In this document: positions 34,124 to 43,836 of the stretch, piece by piece
How positions within the stretch are numbered: the first letter of the stretch is position 1
Layout: each line of letters starts with the position of its first letter
Source: Granulicella sp.
GTDB lineage: Bacteria; Acidobacteriota; Terriglobia; Terriglobales; Acidobacteriaceae
NCBI GenBank assembly: GCA_027339965.1
Contig: DAHWNL010000001.1
Span: 1-62,642 of the forward strand
Reading direction: 5' to 3'
Length of the DNA stretch: 62,642 nt
Made by a program: the position numbers and the translations under genes
The notes under the pieces: model-generated
What the model was told of the DNA's origin: nothing
What the model saw: only the letters and a program-made list of their open reading frames with translations
The model's database searches: none

Positions 34124-34174
34124 CGCCCATCATTCAGCATATAGCTTAGACGAAGTCCGAGGCTCATGGTGGGC

Positions 34175-35272
34175 TCAGGGCGCGGGGGGACAGGGCGCGA
34201 TGGAGGACTGCGGCAGATTCAGCCCAGGGACCAGGTACTTGCCGTCCAGTCCGCCGGGCGACCATTGCGCAACAATCTCCCTGGCCAGCCGCGCAATCGT
34301 CATCTCGCCTTCATTATCCACCGTCCACCCGCGGTCGCGATTGTCAAACGTGAAGATGGAGAGAATCATCGGACCCGTCTTGCCCATCACGATGGCGACA
34401 TCGTTCCGAACCGCATCCAGAGAGCCGGTCTTACTGGCGATCGCCGTGCCGTTTTCCGTGGCGTCAACGGCTTCCAGATAACGAGGGATGGTCTCGCGGT
34501 AGAACTGGCTCTTCAGCATATTCAGAGCGACAGAGCATACGGCTCGGTCCCCGTTGTCAACTGGGGCGAAGCGGGCATCGCCCGGGCGAGTCGCAGTGCC
34601 AATCTGGTGAAGATGACAGAGACCGATGGTCTCCATGAGGTAGGCCATCTCTCGCGGAGTGGTTTTGCCCAGCCCAAACCTGGGCTGATCGGCAGGCATG
34701 GGCATCGTGGTGGAAACCATTACCTTTTTGTAAAGGTGCGTCTGCTCAAGACCCAGCGCCTGAAGCCGCGCGTTGATCGGCTCGATGCCAAAGCGGTCCA
34801 TGGCCAAGTTGGCGGCGGTGTTATCGCTGACGATCACCATCAGGGTGAGGACGTCCTTGAGCGTGAGGGTAACCGGGGCATCCAGAAAGGTGAGGATTCC
34901 AGAGCCGCCGACGGCCTCATGACGGTGCAGAACGATGGGCTCGTCCCAGTGTGCCTTGCCCTGACGAATTTGGACCATGGCCTGATACAAGATGCCGAGC
35001 TTGATGACCGACGCGGTGGCCACCGGAAGGTCAGAGCTCACTCCCACGGTCTTCATCGTGTTGAGCTGAATGGCGTAAAGAGCGGCATGGCCAAGTCCGG
35101 CTTTTGCACGAGCATTCACCATCTGCTGGATCCGCCGCTGCAGGGTGGACTGCGAGCCCGCCAACCCGGCGGCTGAGGTTTGTGGCGACTGGCCCAAGAG
35201 TCCGGGCGAAAGCGAAAACAGAACGATAGAGGAGATGGCTAGAGAGGCGGTCCAATGGGAGATTCTTCGCAT
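34175..35272 (-). CDS. Exported serine hydrolase, class A beta-lactamase-like fold
   Basis: Signal peptide; SVIK, SDN, KTG motifs; TTPREM. Confidence 0.88.
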   Translation of the reverse strand: MRRISHWTASLAISSIVLFSLSPGLLGQSPQTSAAGLAGSQSTLQRRIQQMVNARAKAGLGHAALYAIQLNTMKTVGVSSDLPVATASVIKLGILYQAMVQIRQGKAHWDEPIVLHRHEAVGGSGILTFLDAPVTLTLKDVLTLMVIVSDNTAANLAMDRFGIEPINARLQALGLEQTHLYKKVMVSTTMPMPADQPRFGLGKTTPREMAYLMETIGLCHLHQIGTATRPGDARFAPVDNGDRAVCSVALNMLKSQFYRETIPRYLEAVDATENGTAIASKTGSLDAVRNDVAIVMGKTGPMILSIFTFDNRDRGWTVDNEGEMTIARLAREIVAQWSPGGLDGKYLVPGLNLPQSSIAPCPPAP

Positions 35273-35529
35273 AGCAGCACGTACCTCACCGAGATCCAAC
35301 GCTCAAAGGCGTAGATCCAAAGAGTATCAGCAAGCAGGTTGCGTCCGAAGGTTGAGAAGCATTTGCCCGCGTCCTGGTTTCACCTCAAGCCCAGCTTCCT
35401 CCTGGATGCGTGTTCTTTCTCCAACGGAGACCTCGGCTATAAACGCAGGCTAGTCCAGTCGGGTCCATCTGAAAGAGGCACTCAGAACACTATCCGGAGT
35501 GGATGCGCTACACTAAAGATGGAGATTCT

Positions 35530-36495
35530 ATGGCTACGATGACCATGTCTTCAACTCCGGGCGCTCAGACCTTGGTGGGGCCGGAGGGCGAGCTCGACAA
35601 CCTCTCCACCGAACGGCAGAATGAGGCATCCGAGGGGCTGGATACCAAATCCGCGGTAGAGATTGCCAGAATCATCAATCACGAAGATGCCAAGGTTGCG
35701 GCAGCCGTAAAGAAAGCCCTCCCCGAAATTGCCCAGGTGATCGATACAGTGGCGCGCTCCCTGCGCGACGGAGGACGTCTGATCTATGTGGGCGCGGGTT
35801 CTTCGGGAAGAATCTGCGCGTTGGATGCCTCCGAATGCCCTCCCGCCTTCTCCACAGCCCCGCAGCAGGTGCAATACATCATGGCGGGAGGACCGAAGGC
35901 GCTGGCCAGCGCCTCCGACGTGAATGAGGATGAGCCGGAGTTGGGACGGCGCGACATCGCCCGGCGACGGCCTACGCGCAAGGATATCGTCATCGGCGTG
36001 TCCGCCTCGGGACGAACTCCTTATGTTGTGGGCGCTACCGAGTATGCCCGTTCCTGTGGGGCCAAGACGGCCGCAGTTACCTGCAATGCGAACTCAAATC
36101 TCTCCAAAGTAGCGGATATCAATATCTGTGCAGAGGTCGGGCCGGAGATCGTCTCCGGTTCGACGCGGATGAAAGCCTCGACCGCGCAAAAGATGATTCT
36201 GAACATGATCACCACCGGAGCCATGACCCGGCTCGGCTATGTGTACGACAACCTGATGGTGAACGTTCACATGAAGAACGCCAAGCTGGTGGAGCGGGGC
36301 ATTCGGGTGCTGATCAAGGTCTGCGGAATCGACCGAGAAACCGCAATCCGGACCATCAAGTCGGCCGGAAAGTCGATCCCCATCGCCGTGGTGATGCTGA
36401 AGGCCAACGTGGACAAGATGGAAGCCGTGCGGCGGCTGCAACAGTCCGACGGCAATGTGCGCCTGGCCATCGAGGATTCACGTCTGGAGCTGTGA
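35530..36495 (+). CDS. murQ: N-acetylmuramic acid 6-phosphate etherase
   Basis: GRLIYVGAGSSGR, DASECPP, ASGRTPYV, GPEIVSGSTRMKA.TAQK, NLMV. Confidence 0.9.
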   Translation: MATMTMSSTPGAQTLVGPEGELDNLSTERQNEASEGLDTKSAVEIARIINHEDAKVAAAVKKALPEIAQVIDTVARSLRDGGRLIYVGAGSSGRICALDASECPPAFSTAPQQVQYIMAGGPKALASASDVNEDEPELGRRDIARRRPTRKDIVIGVSASGRTPYVVGATEYARSCGAKTAAVTCNANSNLSKVADINICAEVGPEIVSGSTRMKASTAQKMILNMITTGAMTRLGYVYDNLMVNVHMKNAKLVERGIRVLIKVCGIDRETAIRTIKSAGKSIPIAVVMLKANVDKMEAVRRLQQSDGNVRLAIEDSRLEL

Positions 36496-36574
36496 GTAGG
36501 CGCTGGGTGATCCTGCAAATTGCAGGCGACCTTGCACATAGAGAAGCAACCGCCCAGCCGAACGCTTCCTCGGC

Positions 36575-36612
36575 ATCGTTCTCATAACTACTAATCGTTC
36601 TCATAACTACTA
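36575..36612. repeat. Perfect 19-bp AT-rich tandem duplication
   Basis: ATCGTTCTCATAACTACTA x2 between murQ and murA. Confidence 0.9.
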
Positions 36613-36745
36613 AAAGATGCCGCCTGGATTCCCACATCTCTGAACTGCGAGAGGGTGGAGCACCCTGTTCAGGCTCGCAGGGGGAGCAACGCCGTAACCT
36701 CCGCAAGGCAGGCGTGCATCCACATGGGCGCCCATCTAAACTGGG

Positions 36746-38029
36746 ATGATGGACAAGTTTGTGATTCGCGGGGGAAACCCGCTACAGGGCAGCATCAAGA
36801 TCTCCGGCGCAAAGAACTCTGCCCTGCCCTGCATGGCTGCGGCGATTCTAACCGAAGACGAAGTGATCCTGGAGAACATCCCGCAGGTGCGGGATATTGA
36901 AACCGAACGCAAGCTATTGGAGTCCATGGGCGCTGCAGTCGAGCTGGGATATGGCCGGGCTCAGCACCGTACCTCGATCCGCTGTGCCGTGCTCAGCGAT
37001 CCGGTGGCGAAGTACGAGATTGTGAAGACCATGCGCGCCAGCTCGCTGGTGCTGGGACCGCTGATCGCTCGCACCGGCATGGCGCGGGTAGCCATGCCCG
37101 GGGGTTGCGCTATTGGGGGCCGGCCCATCGATCTGCACATCAAGGGGCTGGAGGCAATGGGCGCCACCATTCTCCAGGAGCATGGTTATTTGGAAGCGCG
37201 GGCCAACCGCTTGAAGGGCGCTCACATTGTCTTCGACAAGATTACCGTGACAGGAACCGAGGACTTGCTGATGGCCGCAGCGCTGGCCGACGGAGAGTCC
37301 CTGTTTGAGAACTGCGCGCGCGAGCCGGAGGTGGTGGACCTGGCGGCGCTGCTCCGCGCCATGGGCGCCAGAATCGAGGGCGCCGGGACATCGACGATTC
37401 ATGTTCGAGGCGTAGCCAGGTTGCACGGCGCACGGCACAGAATCAACCCTGACCGCATCGAGGCTGGAACCTATTTGATGGCGGGAGCCATCACAGGGGG
37501 CGACCTGTCTGTGGAGGGTTGCGACCCCGGGCACCTGAGCGCAGTTATTGGGAAACTGGAGCAGTGCGGCGTGAAACTGGAGGTGGGCAAGGAAAGTGTG
37601 CGTGTCCGCGGCGGCGGCCGGCTGCTGGCAAACGATGTCACCACCGAGGAGTATCCAGGCTTCCCCACCGACATGCAGGCCCAGTTCATGGCGTTGGCGA
37701 CCCAGGCCAACGGAACCTCCCTGGTGACGGAGAACATCTTTGAGAACCGGTTCATGCATGTGGGCGAGCTGAACCGGATGGGTGCGAACATCACCGTGCA
37801 GGGCCGGACAGCAACGGTGCGTGGGGGGGCCAGGCTGCAGTCGGCGGCGGTGATGTGCTCGGACCTGCGAGCATCGGCGGCTCTGGTGCTGGCCGCGCTG
37901 GTGGCCGAAGGAGAGAGCATCCTGGACCGCGTCTACCACATCGACCGCGGATACGAACACCTGGAAGAGAAGCTGCGCGGCGCCGGAGCTCAGATTCGCC
38001 GCATGGGCGAGGTCTTTGCAAGACGATGA
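36746..38029 (+). CDS. murA: UDP-N-acetylglucosamine 1-carboxyvinyltransferase
   Basis: SGAKNSALP, MRAS, PGGCAIG.RPIDLH, PDRIEAGT, YPGFPTDMQ, FENRF, DLRA, HIDRGYE. Confidence 0.98.
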   Translation: MMDKFVIRGGNPLQGSIKISGAKNSALPCMAAAILTEDEVILENIPQVRDIETERKLLESMGAAVELGYGRAQHRTSIRCAVLSDPVAKYEIVKTMRASSLVLGPLIARTGMARVAMPGGCAIGGRPIDLHIKGLEAMGATILQEHGYLEARANRLKGAHIVFDKITVTGTEDLLMAAALADGESLFENCAREPEVVDLAALLRAMGARIEGAGTSTIHVRGVARLHGARHRINPDRIEAGTYLMAGAITGGDLSVEGCDPGHLSAVIGKLEQCGVKLEVGKESVRVRGGGRLLANDVTTEEYPGFPTDMQAQFMALATQANGTSLVTENIFENRFMHVGELNRMGANITVQGRTATVRGGARLQSAAVMCSDLRASAALVLAALVAEGESILDRVYHIDRGYEHLEEKLRGAGAQIRRMGEVFARR

Positions 38030-38115
38030 AAACCCAGGAACCGGTTGCGCGAGCAGGTCTCGCTCCAGCCGATCAAGCCCGGTAGGACCGTGTGCAACCA
38101 CCTATAATCGAGGGG

Positions 38116-39855
38116 ATGCTGTCTTTGGCGAAAGTCTGCGTCCTGCTTCCCGTTCTTCTGGCCATCGTGGCATCGAGTGCAGCGAAGGCAGCGCAAACCA
38201 CGGCACAAACGCCCGCGGCTCCCAGCGGCCGTGTGGTTCTGGTGCTTCCCTTCGACAACCACTCCGGCGACGAATCCCTAAACTGGATTGGCGACTCGAT
38301 TCCGGATACGCTGAACAAGCGCCTCAGCTCGGCGGGTTTTCTGACGATCTCCCAGGATGACCGCGTCTTTGCCTATGAGCATCTGGGGTTGCCCGCCGAC
38401 TTTCGGCCGACGCGCGCGACCACGATTCGAATTGCCCAGCAACTGGATGCGGACTATGTGATTCTCGGCAGCTACAATGTGCGGTCCGGCACCGGGAGCA
38501 CCCCGACAGGGCAGACCGCCCAAGGCCCGGCCAACAGCTCCATCACCATTCAGGCCAGCGTGCTGTCCATCGATCAACTGCGGCTCTGGCCGCCCGTGGA
38601 TGACTCATCCGCGCTGATGCATCTGTTTGATGCGGAGAACGCGATCGCGTGGAAGGTTGCGGAGCGCCTGGATCCGCGGTTGCTCGTCTCGGAGCAGACG
38701 TTTCTGGCGGCTCCGGGCGCAGTGCCGCTGCCCGCCTTTGAAGACTATATCCGCGGAATCAACGCCTCCACGGATGCGGAGAAGCTGAAGCGTCTTCAGG
38801 ATGCGGTTGCGCTGGAGCCAAATTACCCAGCAGCTTTGCTTGAGTTGGGCAAAGAACAGTATGCGCAACGCGACTTTGAGGCAGCGGCCGCCACGCTGGC
38901 CAAAGTTCCGCTGTCCAAAAGGATCGCTCTGGAGGCCAACTTCTACTTGGGGCTGGCTGAGTTCAACTCCGCGAACTATGCCCGAGCCGAGGCCGCCTTC
39001 GCTTTTGTAGCCGGCCGGTTGCCACTGCCCGAGGTGGTGAACAACGAGGCTGTCGCCGTCAGCCGGCAGGGCAAGGACAGCGTCGCCCTGTTCCAGAGGG
39101 CGTCCAGCCTAGACCCCTCCGATGAGAACTACCACTACAACCTGGCCATCGCGCTCTTCCGGCGGGGCGATACAGGCAACGCGAAGAGCCAGGTCCAGGC
39201 GGCGCTGCGCCTGAAGCCGGACGACCAGGAGGCCAGAGAACTCGCGGAGGAACTGGAAAAAGTCAAGCCGGGAACGCGGCTGACAGAAGATGCGGTTGGA
39301 ACGGCCGAGTCCGGGCAGGAGATAGAGCAGGAGGCTTTACCAGGAGCCAGTGTCACCGATAGCGGCTTCAGCCCGCTGGAAAGGATCGAGAGAGGATACT
39401 CGGAGACGAGCTTCCGCCAGGAGGAGTTTCAGCTCGACCAGATGCGCGCGGTCCGTATGGCGATGTTGCCGGCCGACCAGCAAGCGGTGGACGAAACCCA
39501 GGCCGGCCACGAATATCTCTCCGAAGGGCTGCTCCCCGAAGCTGAAAAACAGTTTCAGTTGGCGCTACGGGCCAATCCCAACTCAGCCGATGCCCATGCC
39601 GGAATGGCGCAACTGCGCGAGGCCAGCGGGGATGCCGCCGGAGCTCGCGATGAGGCGCGGACATCGCTGATTTTGAAGCCGAACTCGACGGCGCTACTGG
39701 TGCTGGCGCGGTTGGATCTGGCCCAGCAGCAGTTGGCGGCCTGCGCGGCGGACATCTCCCAGGCGCTGCGGCTTGACCCGACCGATTCCCAGGCGATTGC
39801 CCTGAAGCTGGTGCTGCAACAACGCGGGCAACCAGTTCCGCCGGTGCTGCAATAG
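38116..39855 (+). CDS. Exported TPR protein with N-terminal TolB-N/CsgG-like domain
   Basis: Signal peptide, VLVLPFDNHSGDESLNWIG...LDADYVILGSY, many TPR-like repeats. Confidence 0.85.
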   Translation: MLSLAKVCVLLPVLLAIVASSAAKAAQTTAQTPAAPSGRVVLVLPFDNHSGDESLNWIGDSIPDTLNKRLSSAGFLTISQDDRVFAYEHLGLPADFRPTRATTIRIAQQLDADYVILGSYNVRSGTGSTPTGQTAQGPANSSITIQASVLSIDQLRLWPPVDDSSALMHLFDAENAIAWKVAERLDPRLLVSEQTFLAAPGAVPLPAFEDYIRGINASTDAEKLKRLQDAVALEPNYPAALLELGKEQYAQRDFEAAAATLAKVPLSKRIALEANFYLGLAEFNSANYARAEAAFAFVAGRLPLPEVVNNEAVAVSRQGKDSVALFQRASSLDPSDENYHYNLAIALFRRGDTGNAKSQVQAALRLKPDDQEARELAEELEKVKPGTRLTEDAVGTAESGQEIEQEALPGASVTDSGFSPLERIERGYSETSFRQEEFQLDQMRAVRMAMLPADQQAVDETQAGHEYLSEGLLPEAEKQFQLALRANPNSADAHAGMAQLREASGDAAGARDEARTSLILKPNSTALLVLARLDLAQQQLAACAADISQALRLDPTDSQAIALKLVLQQRGQPVPPVLQ

Positions 39856-39874
39856 GCGTCTGCGGAGGCGCTCC

Positions 39875-40309
39875 ATGGTTCATCTTTGTCAAGACCAGAT
39901 ACACCGCCTTTCGCCTGATGTGGCTCTGCTGCTGGTGACCTTGGGAGTGCTTCTGATCTATTTGGAGTTAAACCGCCCGGGATGGTTCTGGAGCCTGGCC
40001 GTCGGCGTTCTGGCCGTGCTGCTCGGAGCGGCGGCGCTCGGCCAGCGGGAGTTGAACCCGGCAGCCCTGGGTTTGGTGCTGGTCGCCATCTCAATTTTTT
40101 TTCTGAATCTGCTGCGGCGGCTTCAAGTTGCGTTGCTGTTGGCGGCAACGCTGGCCATCGTCATCGGATTTCTGCGCCTGGCGCCGGCTGCAGGCACGAA
40201 AGGGGTCCATACCGTCACGGCCGCGGGATGCGGCCTGGCGCTGGGCGCAGGAACTTCCCTTCTTACCCGAATCGCGCACCGCGCCAGAACCAACAAAGGT
40301 TTAGACTAA
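39875..40309 (+). CDS. Small membrane protein resembling the NfeD membrane segment
   Basis: 144 aa hydrophobic; LGVLLIYLELNRPG pattern; GGAGG RBS. Confidence 0.65.
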   Translation: MVHLCQDQIHRLSPDVALLLVTLGVLLIYLELNRPGWFWSLAVGVLAVLLGAAALGQRELNPAALGLVLVAISIFFLNLLRRLQVALLLAATLAIVIGFLRLAPAAGTKGVHTVTAAGCGLALGAGTSLLTRIAHRARTNKGLD

Positions 40310-40345
40310 AGTAGAGCGCCATCTCGCGCCCGGAGCCTTCACGAC

Positions 40346-41062
40346 TTGATTCGCAAAGCCTTTTCACTTCTTGCCCTGCTCCTGTTCGCCGGCGTCACCC
40401 AAGCGGCATCCGCACAGACGACGCCCCCACCCACCACCCTTCAAAGACAACTTCGCAAGTTTGAATTTTCGTTCCAGGGCGCCGGTATCTACAATAGCAA
40501 CGTCACCGGAAACGTGATTTCAGGATTTGGCGCCACTGACCAGGGCTTGAGCCTGACCGAGCATCCTTCCAACACCTTCGGTATGGTGATGTCGATTGAC
40601 TTCCCTGCAACGCCCTACTTTGGGGTGCAGTTCAACTACGGCTACTCTCGTTACGACGAGAACTTTGAAGGGCCCGCCGTCGCCAATTTCGATGCGACCC
40701 AGAACATCGGGGCCACGCCGACCACCGACTACCCGGTTCAAACCGATGTGGAGGAGTACACTTTAGGCTATCTGGTCGAGATTCCATATACCATTGACGG
40801 CCTGCAACCGATCTTTTCCGCGGGATTTGGACCCATGGCCTTTAAACCCACCCCCCTGGGAGGCGAAGAGCAGCAGGAAAAGGCGCGAATGACCTACTAC
40901 TACTCGATGTCCTTTCAGAAGGACTTCAGCCACAAGTTCGGCGTGGACTTTGGGTTCCGCCAGTTGTTCTTCCTGGCGCCTGATTTCGGACAAAATTACT
41001 TCCTCATTCTGAAGCACACCACCACCTATGAGCCGACCGCCGGCTTCTACTTTCGCTATTAG
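40346..41062 (+). CDS. Outer membrane beta-barrel protein
   Basis: Signal peptide, alternating aromatic beta-strands, C-terminal AGFYFRY. Confidence 0.82.
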   Translation: MIRKAFSLLALLLFAGVTQAASAQTTPPPTTLQRQLRKFEFSFQGAGIYNSNVTGNVISGFGATDQGLSLTEHPSNTFGMVMSIDFPATPYFGVQFNYGYSRYDENFEGPAVANFDATQNIGATPTTDYPVQTDVEEYTLGYLVEIPYTIDGLQPIFSAGFGPMAFKPTPLGGEEQQEKARMTYYYSMSFQKDFSHKFGVDFGFRQLFFLAPDFGQNYFLILKHTTTYEPTAGFYFRY

Positions 41063-41221
41063 GACCGGGCTGACTCAGGGCCTCCCCGACCGCATCGGGG
41101 CAGCCGGCCAGCCAGTGCTGCCCGGAAGAGGGGCAAGCCGGGGTTGTCCGAGGATGCCGTGGATACGGTTTTGTTCTACGGACCTGTTGGAGCTTTCCCC
41201 GCGGAACGGGAGTCTTTCGTC

Positions 41222-41902
41222 ATGACGCGAAACCTCAGAGAAGACGGTGAGGAGCAGCGCCAGTCAGAGCGTGAACTAACGCTGGGTACGGGAACCTTGC
41301 TCGGAATATTCCTGGCCCTGGTGCTTCTCTGCGGAGGATTCTTCGGCTTCGGCTACCAACTGGGAAGCCGCAGCGTCAAGGCCATTCCCGTGGCCGGCTC
41401 CTCCAGTTCCGGAGATGCTCAGCCGGGAAGCGATCTATTCAACAGCTTCAAGCCCGCGGCGGGGTCGCCGGCGGAAGCCGGCCAGGCAGGCGAGTCCTCC
41501 TTCTCCGGACCGAGCGCCGGGCCTGACGCCGGCGGCCTATCCCCGATGGCTTCCCCAGCCCGCTCAGCGGCTGGTTCGGTCACGGCGGCCAACCCGGCCG
41601 TAACAGCCCGGGGTAACGCGTCAACCTCCGCCATGGGATCTGAGTCACCCTCCGCCGTTACCACACCGGCGGCGCCAATGGCTGCCGGGCAGTTCATTGT
41701 CCAGGTAGCGGCTGTCTCCCATCAGGAAGATGCTGAACTGCTGGTGAGTGCGCTGCGCGCCAAGGGGTATCCGGTGAGCGCTCATACGGAGCCCGAGGAC
41801 AAGTTCTTCCATATCCAGGTGGGCCCGTTTCCCAACCTCCAGGATGCCAATGCGGCCAAGCAGCGTCTGCTGGCGGACGGGTACCAGCCCATCATCAAGT
41901 AA
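41222..41902 (+). CDS. SPOR domain protein
   Basis: TM anchor, low-complexity linker, FIVQVAA...AELLVSALRAKGY...IQVGPF. Confidence 0.9.
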   Translation: MTRNLREDGEEQRQSERELTLGTGTLLGIFLALVLLCGGFFGFGYQLGSRSVKAIPVAGSSSSGDAQPGSDLFNSFKPAAGSPAEAGQAGESSFSGPSAGPDAGGLSPMASPARSAAGSVTAANPAVTARGNASTSAMGSESPSAVTTPAAPMAAGQFIVQVAAVSHQEDAELLVSALRAKGYPVSAHTEPEDKFFHIQVGPFPNLQDANAAKQRLLADGYQPIIK

Positions 41903-41922
41903 TCGCGCCGCGGTGGACGCCC

Positions 41923-42624
41923 TCAGATCTGGCCAAGAGCCATTCGCATCTCCCGGCTGACGGTCTCCATCAACTCTTCCCGGGAGGAGAAGTCCCTGGG
42001 ACGGAGCGCGGGCAAAAAGCGCACCGTCGCCAACCCCGGATCGACCTTCATGCTTCCCTTGCGCATCATCCTGCCCGTGCCCTGGATGATGATGGGAACC
42101 AGAGGGGCGTTGGTGTCGGCGGCGAGAAAGAACGCTCCCTTCTTGAAAGGGAGAAGATTGCCGTCCAGTGAGCGGGTCCCCTCCGGGAAGATGAAGATGT
42201 GCATACCGCTGCGCAGAGCCTCCGCAGCCAGAGCTACGCTCCGCTCCGCCTCCAGCTTCGAATGGCCGCGCGCTACGGGAACGTACTTGCCCAAGCGCAT
42301 AGCGGTGCCGATGAGCGGAACCTTCATCAAGGACCTCTTCAGGAAGACGCTGCACATCCCGGGAATTGCGGGAAGCAGAATGGGCGGGTCCAGGTTTGAG
42401 ACATGATTGCTCAGGAAGATGCAGGACTCTCCCTGGGGAATATTCTCCGCGCCAAGGACGCGAACGCGAATGCCCGCCACCCAAACGCCGGCCCGCATGG
42501 AAAACATGGCCCAGCGATACATGGTGCGGATATTGCCGCGCAGAAGCGAAAGGGGGATGCCCACCAGGGCCGAGGGAATGCCGAAGAGGGCAAAGACGAA
42601 AGCCATGCGCAGCGCGGAGAACAT
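41923..42624 (-). CDS. 1-acyl-sn-glycerol-3-phosphate acyltransferase (PlsC family)
   Basis: NHVSNLD, FPEGTRS, FKKGAF, VPIII. Confidence 0.92.
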   Translation of the reverse strand: MFSALRMAFVFALFGIPSALVGIPLSLLRGNIRTMYRWAMFSMRAGVWVAGIRVRVLGAENIPQGESCIFLSNHVSNLDPPILLPAIPGMCSVFLKRSLMKVPLIGTAMRLGKYVPVARGHSKLEAERSVALAAEALRSGMHIFIFPEGTRSLDGNLLPFKKGAFFLAADTNAPLVPIIIQGTGRMMRKGSMKVDPGLATVRFLPALRPRDFSSREELMETVSREMRMALGQI

Positions 42625-42726
42625 GTCGATTCCAAGTAACGGTGTACGAGCAGGATATAGCGCCGCCTGACAAAGAGTGGCGGAGGTGAGGCGGTGGCGC
42701 AGCCGCCGAGAAGGGCGGGGAAAAAC

Positions 42727-43764
42727 TTACCCGAGCAGGCTGTTAGCGAGCTTGACGTAGAGGTCAACACACTCCAGCAGCTCGGATTTGCGGATGTGCT
42801 CGTCCGGAGTGTGAGCCACCAGGATGCTGCCGGGACCCAGCAAAAACGGCTCACCCCAGGCGGTGAGCGAAGGGATGTCGGTGGTGAACTTGGCAACCGT
42901 GGTCTCAAAACCGGGAACGGCGCGCAGTTGCATGTAGGGCAGCTTCAAGGTGAAGTGAACCTCGCAGCGGCCCGCGGCAGCCCGGAGGATCGCCTCCTGA
43001 ATCTCTTCCGAAGGACCGACCAGGCGAATCAGAAGCAGGGCCTCGGCGTTGTCTGGAACGACGTTGGGGGCGATCCCGCCGCGCAAAACGCCGATGTTGA
43101 GGGTGCTGTCTCCAATGCCCTCGACCACCGGCAGTGACAGAGCCTGGATGTCGTGAAGCACGGCCAGCAGCTTGTCGATGGCCGATTCGCCCAGCTCCGG
43201 ATAGGCCGAATGCGCCATCTTGCCGCGCGCCCGCAGTTCAACCCGCAGGCAGCCCTTGGAAGCCAGCGCCAGACGGTTCTCCGTAGGCTCGCCATTGATA
43301 AGAAAACGCGATCCACGGGGCGTCTGGTTGGCAACCAGCGCGCCCGCCGAATCGCGCTCCTCACCCACCACATAGAGCAGGCCAATCCGCTTGCCGGCAG
43401 CGGCCAGCTTCTCCGCGGCGGCGATCTGTGCGGCGATGATGCCCTTGGCGTCACAGGCCCCGCGGCCATAGAGAAACTCCGCATCCTCGCGGCAGGGACC
43501 AAGGAACGGAGGAACCGTATCCATGTGCGAGGAGAGAACCAGATCCGGGGTCATGCCGGGCTGCGAGGCGTAGATGTTGAAGCGCCGACCCGAGCCGGCA
43601 TCCGGATTCTTTGCCGGATCCGGCTGGGGCACGCTCTGGCGCTCGACATCATAGCCCAGCCGAGCTAGAAAGCCAGCCAGAAACTCGCCCACACGGGCCT
43701 CGTGATAGGTGGTGGATTCAATGTCGACCAGTTGCCTGGTGAGTTGGATGGGGTCGATAGACAT
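42727..43764 (-). CDS. M20 family metallohydrolase (ArgE/DapE-like)
   Basis: HMDTV, GRGACDAKG, GEE, GEPT, AHSAYPELG, AHTPDE. Confidence 0.9.
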   Translation of the reverse strand: MSIDPIQLTRQLVDIESTTYHEARVGEFLAGFLARLGYDVERQSVPQPDPAKNPDAGSGRRFNIYASQPGMTPDLVLSSHMDTVPPFLGPCREDAEFLYGRGACDAKGIIAAQIAAAEKLAAAGKRIGLLYVVGEERDSAGALVANQTPRGSRFLINGEPTENRLALASKGCLRVELRARGKMAHSAYPELGESAIDKLLAVLHDIQALSLPVVEGIGDSTLNIGVLRGGIAPNVVPDNAEALLLIRLVGPSEEIQEAILRAAAGRCEVHFTLKLPYMQLRAVPGFETTVAKFTTDIPSLTAWGEPFLLGPGSILVAHTPDEHIRKSELLECVDLYVKLANSLLG

Positions 43765-43836
43765 TAAGCCAAGCATAACCGAAGGCCGTCCGCAGGCCGA
43801 CCTTCCGCAGCCAAGAAGAAGTCCTACACTGAAAAG

